Of a stretch of 32,000 bases of DNA, positions 1 through 9,455 are shown piece after piece. The stretch is from contig FP565575.1 of assembly GCA_000091165.1 (NCBI GenBank), positions 960,001 to 992,000 on the forward strand, read 5' to 3'. The position numbers were made by a program, and so were the translations under genes. This DNA is from Candidatus Methylomirabilis oxygeniifera (GTDB lineage Bacteria > Methylomirabilota > Methylomirabilia > Methylomirabilales > Methylomirabilaceae). The notes beneath the pieces were generated by a model. It was not told where the DNA came from and ran no database searches. It worked only from the letters and a program-made list of their open reading frames with translations. Within the stretch, counting starts at the first letter, position 1. The number at the start of each line of letters is the position of its first letter.

Positions 1-2
1 CG

Positions 3-1421
3 GTGAGCAGCTCCGTAACCAAGGCGGAGGCGGCCGAGACGTTCTATCATCTCTCGGGTCCGAATCTGCCTCCCGTCTGTCAGGGTATCGCGTGCTTTGT
101 AGCGCGCCACCTCAATCCGGAACGTTTCTCACAAGCTGAGACGCAATCCCCACGCCTCTATTGCCTGGGACGCTGTTTCGCCGCGCCCGCCTGCCTCACG
201 GAACACCCTCAACCTCACATCGAAATTCGCGCTTCCCGCGGCGTCATTCTGGATCGGATCGTGCGGGGCGAGACGGGTCCGGACTATGGCGCGCTCCGGC
301 GCGCGCTGGACCTCACGTCTGAGGAGGTATTGCGCGAGGTCGAACGATCCGAACTTCGGGGGCGCGGGGGAGCGGGCTTCCCCACCGGCAGGAAGTGGCG
401 GGCCGTCGCTCAGCAAGAGGCCCACGAGAAATTCGTCGTCGTCAACGCGGACGAGGGCGACCCGGGCGCCTATATCGATCGCGTGATCCTCGAACGCGAT
501 CCCCACCTGCTCCTCGAGGGCGTGAGAATCGCGGCCTACGCGGTCGGCGCCCGGAGGGGTGTCATCTATCTGCGCAAGGAATACCCTGAGGCGCTGCCGG
601 CGTTGCAGCGCGCGGTCCAGGAAGCCGGACGGGTCTGGCCCGGCGAATTCGCCGTCGAGATCGTTGTCGGTCAGGGGAGTTACGTCTGCGGCGAGGAAAC
701 CGCATTACTGAATTCAATTGAAGGGAAGCGCCCGGAAGTCCGGACGCGACCCCCCTATCCGACGGCGCGCGGGCTGTATCAGCGGCCGACCCTGATCAAC
801 AATGTGGAGACCCTGGCCGCGATTCCGTGGATCATACAAGAAGGCGCCGCCGCCTACCGCAACCTCGGATTTTCGCAAAGCCGCGGGACCAAACTGCTGT
901 CGCTGAATTCGCTGTTTCGAAAACCGGGTCTCTACGAGGTGGAGTTCGGAATCACCCTCCGGGAGGTCGTCGAGGGACTGGGCGGCGGTCTGTGTTCCGG
1001 TCCGCTGAAAGGGCTGATCGTCGGGGGACCTCTGGCCGGAGTGATCCCGCCTGAGCTGCTGGATACGCGGCTTGGCTTTGAAGAGTTGCGGGAGATCGGG
1101 GCGGGGGTAGGGCACGGCGGGGTCGTGGCCTTCGACGACCGGACGTCGATCCTGGAACTCGCCCACCATGTCTTTTCTTTCGGGGCCTATGAGTCGTGCG
1201 GCAAGTGCACTCCGTGCCGGCTCGGCTCCCCGCGTGTGGAGCAGGTGTTCGCCTTGGCCCGACAGGCGGAAACGCCGTCGCAGGGGGCGTATCGCGAATT
1301 CGGAGCAATCGTTGCGGCCTTGCATCAAGCCAGCCTCTGCGGCCATGGGACAGGGCTGGCCGCTTTCGCGATGAGTGCGATGCGTTACTATCGAAAGGAG
1401 CTGGAGGCATGCCTCGGCTAA
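3..1421 (+). CDS. NAD-dependent formate dehydrogenase, NuoF-like (beta) subunit with N-terminal NuoE-like 2Fe-2S remnant; probably 5'-truncated by the window edge
   Basis: ORF contains NADH/FMN-binding NuoF motifs (RGRGGAGFPTGRKW, VVNADEGDPGAYIDR, GAGSYVCGEETALLNSIEGKR-like) and the C-terminal 4Fe-4S motif ESCGKCTPCRLG plus SLCG. N-terminal ETFYHL, CQGIAC and CLGRC resemble the NuoE TFYH / C-x4-C / C-x3-C pattern. Stop TAA 1419-1421 overlaps the next gene. Confidence 0.88.
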   Translation: MSSSVTKAEAAETFYHLSGPNLPPVCQGIACFVARHLNPERFSQAETQSPRLYCLGRCFAAPACLTEHPQPHIEIRASRGVILDRIVRGETGPDYGALRRALDLTSEEVLREVERSELRGRGGAGFPTGRKWRAVAQQEAHEKFVVVNADEGDPGAYIDRVILERDPHLLLEGVRIAAYAVGARRGVIYLRKEYPEALPALQRAVQEAGRVWPGEFAVEIVVGQGSYVCGEETALLNSIEGKRPEVRTRPPYPTARGLYQRPTLINNVETLAAIPWIIQEGAAAYRNLGFSQSRGTKLLSLNSLFRKPGLYEVEFGITLREVVEGLGGGLCSGPLKGLIVGGPLAGVIPPELLDTRLGFEELREIGAGVGHGGVVAFDDRTSILELAHHVFSFGAYESCGKCTPCRLGSPRVEQVFALARQAETPSQGAYREFGAIVAALHQASLCGHGTGLAAFAMSAMRYYRKELEACLG

Positions 1422-4081
1422 CGGTCAACGGGCGGGCCTTGGAGTGCGAGCCCGGCCTCACCATCTTACAGGTGCTGCGTCGGGAGGGGATCGAGGTGCC
1501 GACGCTGTGCTGGGACCAGCGGCTGCAACCCTATGGCGGTTGCCGCTTGTGCGTCGTCCGGGTCGCAGGATACGAGAAGCCGCTCACCGCCTGCAACACC
1601 CCCGTAGAGCCGGGGATGCAGATCGACAGCCATACCCCGGAACTCGAAGATCTGCGCCGCACCATGCTGGGCCTGATCGCCAGGGGGTATCCCGCCGAGG
1701 CCGTTGAGAGATGTCCGGAAAAGGAGTTCCATCGGTATATCCGCCGCTACGATCTGATGGCTGAGTTGCAGGGGCGCCCGGCGCCGGACTTGCGGGACGA
1801 CTCGCATCCGTACCTGCACGTCGACATGTCCCAGTGCGTGGACTGCTTCCGCTGCGTGCGGATCTGCGAGGAGGTGCAAGGCCAGTTCGTCTGGCGGGTA
1901 TTGGAGCGCGGCGACAGGATCCGGATTGTCCCGGACTCGGGGACCGATCTGCGGACGAGCTCGTGTGTGAGCTGTGGCGCGTGCGCGGATGCCTGCCCAA
2001 GCGGGGCGCTGGACGACCGATCGCGTGTGCAACGGGGGGCGCCGGCGACATGGACCCGGACCACGTGTCCGTACTGCGCGGTCGGGTGCGAGATGGAGGT
2101 CGGGGTCCGGGACGGACGAATCCTGGCCGTCCGTCCCGCGTTGGAGTCCCCGGTCAACAAGGGCCACCTCTGCGTCAAAGGGCGGTATGCCTTCGACTTC
2201 GTCACGGCCGCCGACCGGATTACCCGGCCTATGATTCGGAAGAATGGGGACTGGCGGCCGGTCTCGTGGGAAGAGGCGATTGCGCACACGGCCGGCGAGA
2301 TCCGGCGTCTCCTTGCCGAGCACGGCCCGGACAGCCTGGGAGTCCTGGGCTCGGCGCGGGCGACCAATGAGGAAAATTACCTCGCGCAGAAGTTCGCCCG
2401 GGTGGTCCTGGATACCCACAATGTCGATTGCTGTGCCCGCGTCTGTCACACCCCCACGGCAGCGGCGATGAAGCGGATGCTGGGCACGGGCGCGGCGACC
2501 AATTCCTTCGACGACATCGAGGCGGCGAAGACGCTGCTGCTGTGCGGGACCAACGCGACTGAGAATCACCCCGTGGTCGGGGCCCGCATCAAGCAGGCAG
2601 CGTTGCGCGGCGCCCGCCTGATCGTGGTGGATCCGCGCAAGATCGAACTGGCGCAATACGCCGACACGCACTTGGCCCTGCGTCCGGGGACGAATATCCC
2701 GCTCTTGCACGCGATGGCCCACACCATTGTGGAAGAGCGGCTTTACGACACCGGGTTTGTGCGAGATCGCGTGACCGATTTCGAGGCGTATTGCGAGTTC
2801 ATCCGTGAGTGGACGCCGGAGCGGGCCGCGGGAATCTGCGGGGTCGAGGCGTCGCTGATCCGACAGGCTGCGAGAACCTACGCCACCGAGACCCCCGCCA
2901 TGATGCTACACGGATTGGGCATGACGGAGCACGTTCAGGGCACCGAGGGGGTCATGTGCCTGGTGAACCTGGCCCTGCTCACCGGCAATATCGGCAAGCC
3001 CGGCACCGGCGTGAATCCGCTGCGGGGCCAGAACAACGTCCAGGGCTCCGCGCACATGGGCTGCGACCCGAGCATCCTGACCGGCTCGATCTCGGTCAAG
3101 GAGGGCAAAGCCCGCTTCGAGGAGGTGTGGAAGGCGCCGCTGACCTCGCGACGCGGACTGAACCTCCTGGAGATGATCGATGCGGCGGCGGAGGGGCGTT
3201 TGAAGGGGCTCTGGGTGATGGGCTATGACGTCTACCTCAGTTGTGCCCAAGAGTCGGCGACCAGGACGGCCTTCGAAAACCTGGAGTTGGTCATCATCCA
3301 GGACCTCTTTATGAACGAGACCGCCGCGCGATTCGGGACGGTCTTCTTCCCTGTCGCCTCCAATTTCGAGAAGGAGGGGACCTTCATGACTTCGGAGCGC
3401 CGCATCCAGAAGGTTCGGAAGGTCCTGGAGCCGCCGGGCGCAACGAAGACCGACTGGCAGGTGATTTGCGAGCTGGCCGCCGCGCTCGACAAGGCGGACG
3501 CGTTTCCCTATCGCTCGGCGGAGGAGATCTGGAACGAGATCCGCGAGGTCTGGCCCGCCGGGAAGGGAATCACTTATCCTCGCCTCGAGGCGGCGGGGAT
3601 CCAATGGCCCTGTCCCACGGAAGACCACCCGGGGACCCGAATCCTGCATCGCGATCAATTTTCTCTCGGGGTCAAGAGCGCCCTGGCTCGCATCTCTTTC
3701 CAGCCAAGCCCGGAGCGCACCGACGAGGAATTCCCCTTTCTGCTCAGCTCGGGCAGAAACCTCTATCAATTCGGCGCGGGGACGATGACCCTGCGAACCC
3801 CCAACAGCGTCCTGCGCCCGACCGACACCCTGGATATCTCGCCCGAGGATGCCGCCAGGTTGGGCCTGGGAGACGGGGCCCGAGTGGTGGTGCGCAGTCG
3901 CTACGGCGAGGCTACGCTGCCATTGCGGATCGACGCACGCCTGAAGCCAAGTGAACTCTTCTCCACCTTCCATTCCCCTGAATATTTCTTGAATAAGGTC
4001 ACCGGCCCGCACCGCGACTCGCAGGTCAAGACGCCGGAGTATAAGGTCACGGCGGTCCATATCGAAGCCGCGGGAACATGA
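1409..4081 (+). CDS. Formate dehydrogenase, catalytic molybdopterin (alpha) subunit, Cys-type, with N-terminal NuoG-like 2Fe-2S and 4Fe-4S domains
   Basis: ATG 1409 chosen over the ORF start at 1196 because it gives MPRLTVNGRALECEPGLTILQVLRREG. Ferredoxin-type clusters CVDCFRCVRIC and CVSCGACADACPSGAL; Mo-bisPGD motifs CPYCAVGCEMEV and NVDCCARVCHTPTAAAMKRMLG; RGQNNVQGSAHMGCDP. Confidence 0.93.
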   Translation: MPRLTVNGRALECEPGLTILQVLRREGIEVPTLCWDQRLQPYGGCRLCVVRVAGYEKPLTACNTPVEPGMQIDSHTPELEDLRRTMLGLIARGYPAEAVERCPEKEFHRYIRRYDLMAELQGRPAPDLRDDSHPYLHVDMSQCVDCFRCVRICEEVQGQFVWRVLERGDRIRIVPDSGTDLRTSSCVSCGACADACPSGALDDRSRVQRGAPATWTRTTCPYCAVGCEMEVGVRDGRILAVRPALESPVNKGHLCVKGRYAFDFVTAADRITRPMIRKNGDWRPVSWEEAIAHTAGEIRRLLAEHGPDSLGVLGSARATNEENYLAQKFARVVLDTHNVDCCARVCHTPTAAAMKRMLGTGAATNSFDDIEAAKTLLLCGTNATENHPVVGARIKQAALRGARLIVVDPRKIELAQYADTHLALRPGTNIPLLHAMAHTIVEERLYDTGFVRDRVTDFEAYCEFIREWTPERAAGICGVEASLIRQAARTYATETPAMMLHGLGMTEHVQGTEGVMCLVNLALLTGNIGKPGTGVNPLRGQNNVQGSAHMGCDPSILTGSISVKEGKARFEEVWKAPLTSRRGLNLLEMIDAAAEGRLKGLWVMGYDVYLSCAQESATRTAFENLELVIIQDLFMNETAARFGTVFFPVASNFEKEGTFMTSERRIQKVRKVLEPPGATKTDWQVICELAAALDKADAFPYRSAEEIWNEIREVWPAGKGITYPRLEAAGIQWPCPTEDHPGTRILHRDQFSLGVKSALARISFQPSPERTDEEFPFLLSSGRNLYQFGAGTMTLRTPNSVLRPTDTLDISPEDAARLGLGDGARVVVRSRYGEATLPLRIDARLKPSELFSTFHSPEYFLNKVTGPHRDSQVKTPEYKVTAVHIEAAGT

Positions 4082-4462
4082 TCCAAATAGCGGTGAGGAT
4101 CTGAAGCTCGCGTACACCAGGCAAGGGATCGCCGAACTGCTGGTCCAGTTCTAGTCGGCGGATTGATGGCAGGCTTCACTCACCACGAACGCTGTGGTTT
4201 GGAGGTGACTCGACATGTTTGAGCAGACTGTGTACGTTGCCATAGATGCTCATCGCTGCCTATGATTATGATTCTCCATCCACTCATGGCGGCGATGATC
4301 CGATTTGGGGCAGTGATCAGCTCAGTGGGATGCGTCCCTATCCCAAGTACATGTTTCCTCAGGTCAGTCAGGCGCACGACGGGGGCGGCGAATTGCCGTC
4401 AAGGTCTGTGGGGCTCGAATCGTTTAACGCTACCGGAACAAGCACAAAGGGGGCTGAAACCA

Positions 4463-4798
4463 TTGTCGACGACGATCATTATCAACAGCGAAGTTTTAGG
4501 AAAGGGTCCCGATGAGCTAGGGGAAAGACTCATGGGCTCTTTTTTGCGGAAATTGTGCATGCAGAGAGAGAAACCCAGTGGGATCGTTTTTTATAATTCC
4601 GGGGTGAACTTGTTGGCTCGGGGCTCATCTGTTCTGGACGCTCTGGATGTCCTCGCCGAAGCCGGCGTAGATTTAATCGCCTGCGGCACCTGCGTTGCTT
4701 TTTATAAGCTGAAAGACAAGATCTTTGTAGGCCGCATCAGTGACATGCTGGAAATCGTGTCTACGCTGATGAATTCAGAGAAGGTCATAACGATTTAG
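4463..4798 (+). CDS. YedF-type selenium metabolism protein, DsrE-like C-terminal domain only
   Basis: From TTG 4463: LSTTIIINSEVLGKGPDELGERLMGSFLRKL...PSGIVFYNSGVNLLARGSSVLDALDVLAEAGVDLIACGTCVAFYKLKDKIFVGRISDMLEIVSTLMNSEKVI, matching the remembered YedF C-terminal family pattern. The automatic ORF starts at 4262, but its N-terminal part does not look conserved. Confidence 0.75.
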   Translation: MSTTIIINSEVLGKGPDELGERLMGSFLRKLCMQREKPSGIVFYNSGVNLLARGSSVLDALDVLAEAGVDLIACGTCVAFYKLKDKIFVGRISDMLEIVSTLMNSEKVITI

Positions 4799-5001
4799 TG
4801 CTTTCTACCTGATACTTGACGCAATCACCTGCCAGAGCTCGTGTTTCGATAGCTTTGGAAACGGAACCGATGGGGCCAGAGAAGGGATGGGACGCCTGGG
4901 AGTTCGTAGTGCACCTTGGATAGCTTGATTGTCTGGCACAGGACATCACGGGTTAGGCCAGGATTGCGTTTTGAGGCGCAATCGGCATATACTGAACCAG
5001 A

Positions 5002-5868
5002 ATGCTGTGGGGCGACCGAGAGACAGGCCGATGTGGGTGGCGCTTGCTGGATTACGCCACGAAGGGTTGGCTGTTCCTCCTGGCGGTCGTCGCGTGGTTC
5101 ACCATCGCATCTGCGGCGTCGAAGCGTGAGTTGTTGGTGTCCGCCGCGATCAGCCTGAAGGAGCCGCTGCAAGAGATTGGCGCGCTGTTTGAACAACGCC
5201 ATCCAGAGGTGAAGGTCGTTTTCAACTGGGGCGCGTCCGGTGCGTTACAGCAGCAGATCGAGCACGGTGCGCCGGTGGATCTCTATATCTCCGCTGCGTC
5301 GAAACAGATGGATGAACTTGAAGCCAAGGGTCTTCTGCTCAATGAAACCCGGCATACACTTGCTGCTAACCTGCTAGTCCTGATCAGATCTTCTGGCCTT
5401 CGGTTCGATCTCGCTTCCTTCAAAGATTTGACCAAATCTGAGATCAAGCTCATTGCTGTCGGCAGTCCACGAACCGTTCCCGCTGGAGAGTATGCGCAGA
5501 TGGTCCTGACGAGTCTTGGGTTGTGGGATTCGTTGCAGCCGAAGCTGATCTTCACGGAGAATGTTCGTCAGGCCCTGGCCTACGTCGTGCGAGGCGAGGT
5601 AGAGGCTGCCCTCGTCTATGCGACCGATGCGCAACGCGCCGGCGAATCGGTCCGGGTCATTGCCGTTGCGCCGGAAGGAAGTGCTCCATTGGCGCGCTAT
5701 CCGATTGCTGTTATCAAAACCTCGCAGCAGCCCACTGTGGCGCGAGCCTTTGTAGACTTGGCGCTGAGCGAAGGCGGACAACAGATTCTGAAGGCTCACG
5801 GATTCCTACCACCGCCGAACAGCCGAACGCATTCCTGGAGGCGCGAGACCGACATTGTACAGAAGTAG
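5002..5868 (+). CDS. modA: Molybdate ABC transporter substrate-binding protein
   Basis: Signal-like N-terminus, then LLVSAAISLKEPLQEIGALFEQRHPEVKVVFNWGASGALQQQIEHGAPVDLYISAASKQMDEL, typical of ModA. Directly upstream of modB/modC homologues. Confidence 0.9.
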   Translation: MLWGDRETGRCGWRLLDYATKGWLFLLAVVAWFTIASAASKRELLVSAAISLKEPLQEIGALFEQRHPEVKVVFNWGASGALQQQIEHGAPVDLYISAASKQMDELEAKGLLLNETRHTLAANLLVLIRSSGLRFDLASFKDLTKSEIKLIAVGSPRTVPAGEYAQMVLTSLGLWDSLQPKLIFTENVRQALAYVVRGEVEAALVYATDAQRAGESVRVIAVAPEGSAPLARYPIAVIKTSQQPTVARAFVDLALSEGGQQILKAHGFLPPPNSRTHSWRRETDIVQK

Positions 5869-5871
5869 ATA

Positions 5872-6543
5872 GTGACAGTTATGCTTCAGATTCCGCTGGC
5901 GCCTCTGCTCCTATCGATGAAGATTGCCGGTCTTGCGACGGTAGCCGCGCTGATTCTCGGCACGCCGATCGCCTGGCTGTTGGCGCGAGGCCGCTTTCCA
6001 GGCAGGGCAGTCCTGGAGGCGATCGTTATGATTCCACTCATCTTGCCGCCTACCGTCACGGGCTATTACCTGTTGCTGCTGATTGGCCGACAAGGGTTGC
6101 TGGGACGTCTCATGGGGCAGTGGCTGAACATCGGTATCATGTTCACGTGGAAAGCTGCTGTTCTCGCCTCGACTATCGCCGCACTGCCGCTGTTCATTAA
6201 GGCTACCCAAGGGGCATTTGAAGGGATCGACCGCCGGATCGAAGATGCGGGCCGGACGTTCAAACCTGTCCTGATTGTGTTGTGCACGATCACCCTGCCG
6301 CTGGCGTGGCGGGGTATTCTGGCCGGCTCGATCCTGGCGTTTGCTCGAGCCATGGGGGAGTTTGGCATTACGCTGATGATCGCCGGGAGCATCCCGGGAC
6401 GGACCCAGACACTTGCTCTCGCGATTTATGATGCGGTTCAGGCGAATCAGCCCCAGGAGGCGAACGCCATGTCGATCCTGGCGACGGCGGCCGTCCTGCT
6501 GATTCTGGCGCTGGTCGGACGCATGACGAAGGTCAAATACTGA
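5872..6543 (+). CDS. modB: Molybdate ABC transporter permease
   Basis: Multi-TM protein with the ModB pattern LLLSMKIAGLATVAALILGTPIAWLLARGRFPGRAVLEAIVMIPLILPPTVTGYYLL and EFGITLMIAGSIPGRTQTLALAIYD. Confidence 0.93.
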   Translation: MTVMLQIPLAPLLLSMKIAGLATVAALILGTPIAWLLARGRFPGRAVLEAIVMIPLILPPTVTGYYLLLLIGRQGLLGRLMGQWLNIGIMFTWKAAVLASTIAALPLFIKATQGAFEGIDRRIEDAGRTFKPVLIVLCTITLPLAWRGILAGSILAFARAMGEFGITLMIAGSIPGRTQTLALAIYDAVQANQPQEANAMSILATAAVLLILALVGRMTKVKY

Positions 6544-7637
6544 TGCTCGATCTTGCGCTCGACAGGCGACTGCCGGGATTCCACCTCCGGACGCAACTTG
6601 TGATCGGCGACGGGATCACGGCATTGTATGGCCCGTCGGGATCGGGGAAGAGTCTGACGCTCCTGGCTATTGCCGGCCTGATCAGACCGACCTCCGGGAC
6701 GATACGCATCAACGGTCGGAGTGTCTTCGATGCGAACGCCGGTATCGATCTGGCGCCGCATCTGCGACGCGTAGGTCTGGTCTTCCAGGAGTATGCCCTC
6801 TTTCCGCATAAGACGGTATCGGGGAATCTTTCGTTTGGGTTGCCTCGAGGGACGCCTAAGAGTAAAGCGGCCGACCGGGTCAACGAGACGCTGCATCTCC
6901 TGAGGCTGGATTCGTTTGCGCAGCATTATCCGTATCAGCTCTCAGGCGGACAGCGGCAGCGCGTGGCTCTTGGACGCGCCCTGATCGGTCGTCCTGAGAT
7001 CCTGTTGCTGGACGAGCCGTTCTCTGCTCTTGATCCGGCTGTCCGCGAGATGCTCCGCCAGGAGTTGCTTCAGATGCTGGCCGATTACCAGGGTACGATC
7101 CTGCTTGTGACCCACGATCTGCAGGAGGCCTATCTTATGGCATCCACCATCGCGATCATCGATGGCGGCAAGGTGCTCCAGATGGGAACCCGGGAAGAGG
7201 TGCTCCATCAACCGCGGACCCGGCGCGTGGCCGAGCATACCAGCGCGAAGAATATCTTGCGTGGTATCGCCTGCCGCGACTCGGACAACACCTGGGATAT
7301 TGTCTGGCGAGGGCATCATCTGCGGGTGGATGGCCCGGAGCCGTCGGCTGCTGGGGAGGTAGAATTCTGCATCCGACCGGAGGATGTACGGTTGGTATGG
7401 CCGGACAGGGTGGAACGGCGTGTCAACCTCCTGCGCGGCCGAATCGTCCATGAACTCGGGCGTGGTCTTGATTACCTGCTCTTTATCAGCCTCACCGATG
7501 GAGGTGATCCCGGCAAGTACGACCTGGAAATCCAGGTTCGAAGCCGACTGTACGACCTGATGACACTGTATGTGGGAAAAGAGGTATGGCTGTCATTACC
7601 GCCGGACCGTCTACGTCTGCTGGCTCCAGATGAATGA
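6543..7637 (+). CDS. modC: Molybdate ABC transporter ATP-binding protein
   Basis: Walker A GPSGSGKS, signature LSGGQRQRVALGRAL, Walker B ILLLDEPFSALD, H-loop VTHD, plus C-terminal TOBE-like domain. Overlaps the end of modB. Confidence 0.93.
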   Translation: MLDLALDRRLPGFHLRTQLVIGDGITALYGPSGSGKSLTLLAIAGLIRPTSGTIRINGRSVFDANAGIDLAPHLRRVGLVFQEYALFPHKTVSGNLSFGLPRGTPKSKAADRVNETLHLLRLDSFAQHYPYQLSGGQRQRVALGRALIGRPEILLLDEPFSALDPAVREMLRQELLQMLADYQGTILLVTHDLQEAYLMASTIAIIDGGKVLQMGTREEVLHQPRTRRVAEHTSAKNILRGIACRDSDNTWDIVWRGHHLRVDGPEPSAAGEVEFCIRPEDVRLVWPDRVERRVNLLRGRIVHELGRGLDYLLFISLTDGGDPGKYDLEIQVRSRLYDLMTLYVGKEVWLSLPPDRLRLLAPDE

Positions 7638-7668
7638 CGGTTGACCGCAACTGCGTGGAGGATCGAGA

Positions 7669-8367
7669 ATGGAGCTGATCTGGCAAGGCACCAAGCAGGC
7701 TGTCCTGCTGCTTCTTTACGGCGACCCGGAGGTGCTGCGGATCATGCTGCTGTCGCTGCAGATCTCCGGGATCGCGACCCTGCTCAGCCTGCTGATAGGC
7801 ATTCCTATCGGCACCATCCTGGCCCTGAGCCGCTTCCCAGGGCGAGGCATCGCTATTAGCCTGGTCAATACCGGCATGGGCTTGCCGCCGGTCGTGGTCG
7901 GCCTCTTCGTGAGCATCTTTCTCTGGCGGAGTGGGCCGCTTGGCTTCCTGGAACTGCTCTACACACCCACCGCTATGATCCTTGCTCAACTGGTAATCGC
8001 CGCCCCGGTCGTGACCGGCCTCACGGTCGCCGCCATTCAGCAGTTGAATCCGCGACTACGTATGCAACTTATGGGGCTTGGCGCATCGAGACTTCAGGTT
8101 GTCTGTCTCCTCCTTAAAGAGGCGCGGCTGCCGCTCCTGGCGGCGCTGATGGCCGGCTTCGGTGCAGTCATCTCCGAGATTGGCGCTTCCATGATGGTAG
8201 GCGGCAACATCTCCCGGCAGACGCGGGTGCTCACCACCGCCACTGTCCTTGAAACCAGCAGAGGGAATTTCGACATGGCGATCGCGCTTTCTCTCCTGCT
8301 GATGCTTCTGACCTTTGGCGTCAACGTGACCCTCACCTGGATCCAGCAACGGGGGCGGACACCGTGA
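7669..8367 (+). CDS. tupB: Tungstate-type (TupB-like) ABC transporter permease
   Basis: 232-aa multi-TM permease: DPEVLRIMLLSLQISGIATLLSLLIGIPIGTILALSRFPGRG, NTGMGLPPVVVGLFVSIFLWRSGPLG, EIGASMMVGGNISRQTRVLTTATVLETSRGNF. This matches the TupB/WtpB-like pattern. Confidence 0.8.
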   Translation: MELIWQGTKQAVLLLLYGDPEVLRIMLLSLQISGIATLLSLLIGIPIGTILALSRFPGRGIAISLVNTGMGLPPVVVGLFVSIFLWRSGPLGFLELLYTPTAMILAQLVIAAPVVTGLTVAAIQQLNPRLRMQLMGLGASRLQVVCLLLKEARLPLLAALMAGFGAVISEIGASMMVGGNISRQTRVLTTATVLETSRGNFDMAIALSLLLMLLTFGVNVTLTWIQQRGRTP

Positions 8368-9455
8368 GCGGACCGATACTCCGCCTCGAGAGCGTCAAGG
8401 TGGCATACGACGGTATGCTGGTCCTTGATACGCCGTTACTGGAGGTCCAGGAGGGCGAGACCTTAGCTATTATCGGCCCGAACGGGGCAGGTAAATCGAC
8501 ACTGCTTCGGCTCCTCGGACTGTTGGAGCGCCCTACCGAGGGGCGCATCTTCTTCAGGGAGCGGCCGGTTCAGCCGTATGGCAATCTGCTGGTGGAGCGC
8601 CGCCGCATGGCGAGCGTCTTCCAGGAGCCGTTGCTGACCAGCGGAACCGTGGAGGACAACGTGGCGCTTGGGCTCAGGCTCCGGCGCATCGATTCCACCG
8701 AGGTGCGCAGGCGCGTTCAGGAGAGCATGGCCACGCTTGGCATCGAGCATCTGGCCACACGGCGGACTCGGACCCTTTCGGGAGGTGAGGCTCAACGGGT
8801 GAGTCTGGCACGGGCCCTGGTTCTCGACCCGGAGGTGTTTCTGCTGGATGAGCCATTCGCAGCACTCGATCCTCCGACCCGCGAGGGGCTGCTGCTTGAC
8901 CTCAAAGCGATTCTCGATAAACGACGGATTACCACGATCTTTGTCACCCACGATCGAAATGAGGCGTTGGCGCTTGGTGATCAGGTCGCCGTCATGATCG
9001 GTGGGCGGGTAGTGCAGATGGAGGCGCCAGAGCGGGTCTTTGGCGAGCCTGTCAACGAGGAGGTGGCCCGCTTCGTCGGCATCGAAACGATTCTCCGTGG
9101 CCACGTGCAGTCCGTCGGCCAGGGGCTCGCCACTGTTGAGATCCCGGGTTGGACCCTGGAGGTGGCCGAACCGTTGACGCCCGGGGAGCGCGTACTGGTC
9201 TGCCTCAGGCCGGAGGAGATTACGCTGTTCCCCCGCGGAGCAACCCTGACTACCTCCAGTGCGCGGAATCAGCTCTACGGCAAAGTCATCCGTCATCTTC
9301 CGGCCGGCTCCACCTATCGGGTGACGATCGACTGCGGTGTCCCGATTGTGGCGACAGTGACGCGACAGTCGTGGGAGCAACTCGGCCTGGAGGATGGGGC
9401 GGAGGTTGTTGCCGCATTCAAGGCCACTGCTCTTCATGTCATCCACTGCATTTGA
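8364..9455 (+). CDS. Tungstate-type ABC transporter ATP-binding protein
   Basis: Walker A GPNGAGKST, signature LSGGEAQRVSLARAL, Walker B VFLLDEPFAALD, VTHDRNEA, C-terminal TOBE-like region. 4-bp overlap with the upstream permease. Confidence 0.82.
   Translation: MSGPILRLESVKVAYDGMLVLDTPLLEVQEGETLAIIGPNGAGKSTLLRLLGLLERPTEGRIFFRERPVQPYGNLLVERRRMASVFQEPLLTSGTVEDNVALGLRLRRIDSTEVRRRVQESMATLGIEHLATRRTRTLSGGEAQRVSLARALVLDPEVFLLDEPFAALDPPTREGLLLDLKAILDKRRITTIFVTHDRNEALALGDQVAVMIGGRVVQMEAPERVFGEPVNEEVARFVGIETILRGHVQSVGQGLATVEIPGWTLEVAEPLTPGERVLVCLRPEEITLFPRGATLTTSSARNQLYGKVIRHLPAGSTYRVTIDCGVPIVATVTRQSWEQLGLEDGAEVVAAFKATALHVIHCI

Noticed and set aside
2906-4117. 403-aa minus-strand ORF opposite the FDH catalytic gene (also the 418-aa ORF at 1466..2722)
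   Set aside because: Mirror ORFs opposite a high-GC gene with strong protein family motifs on the other strand; no recognisable domain.
4246-4515. 89-aa ORF (MLIAAYDYDSPSTHGGDDPIWG...) between FDH and the YedF-like gene
   Set aside because: No recognisable family, and it overlaps the YedF-like gene in another frame. Kept only as part of the unexplained-spacer finding.
8463-9446. 327-aa minus-strand ORF opposite the second ATPase gene
   Set aside because: Fully antisense to a motif-verified ABC ATPase; high-GC shadow ORF.
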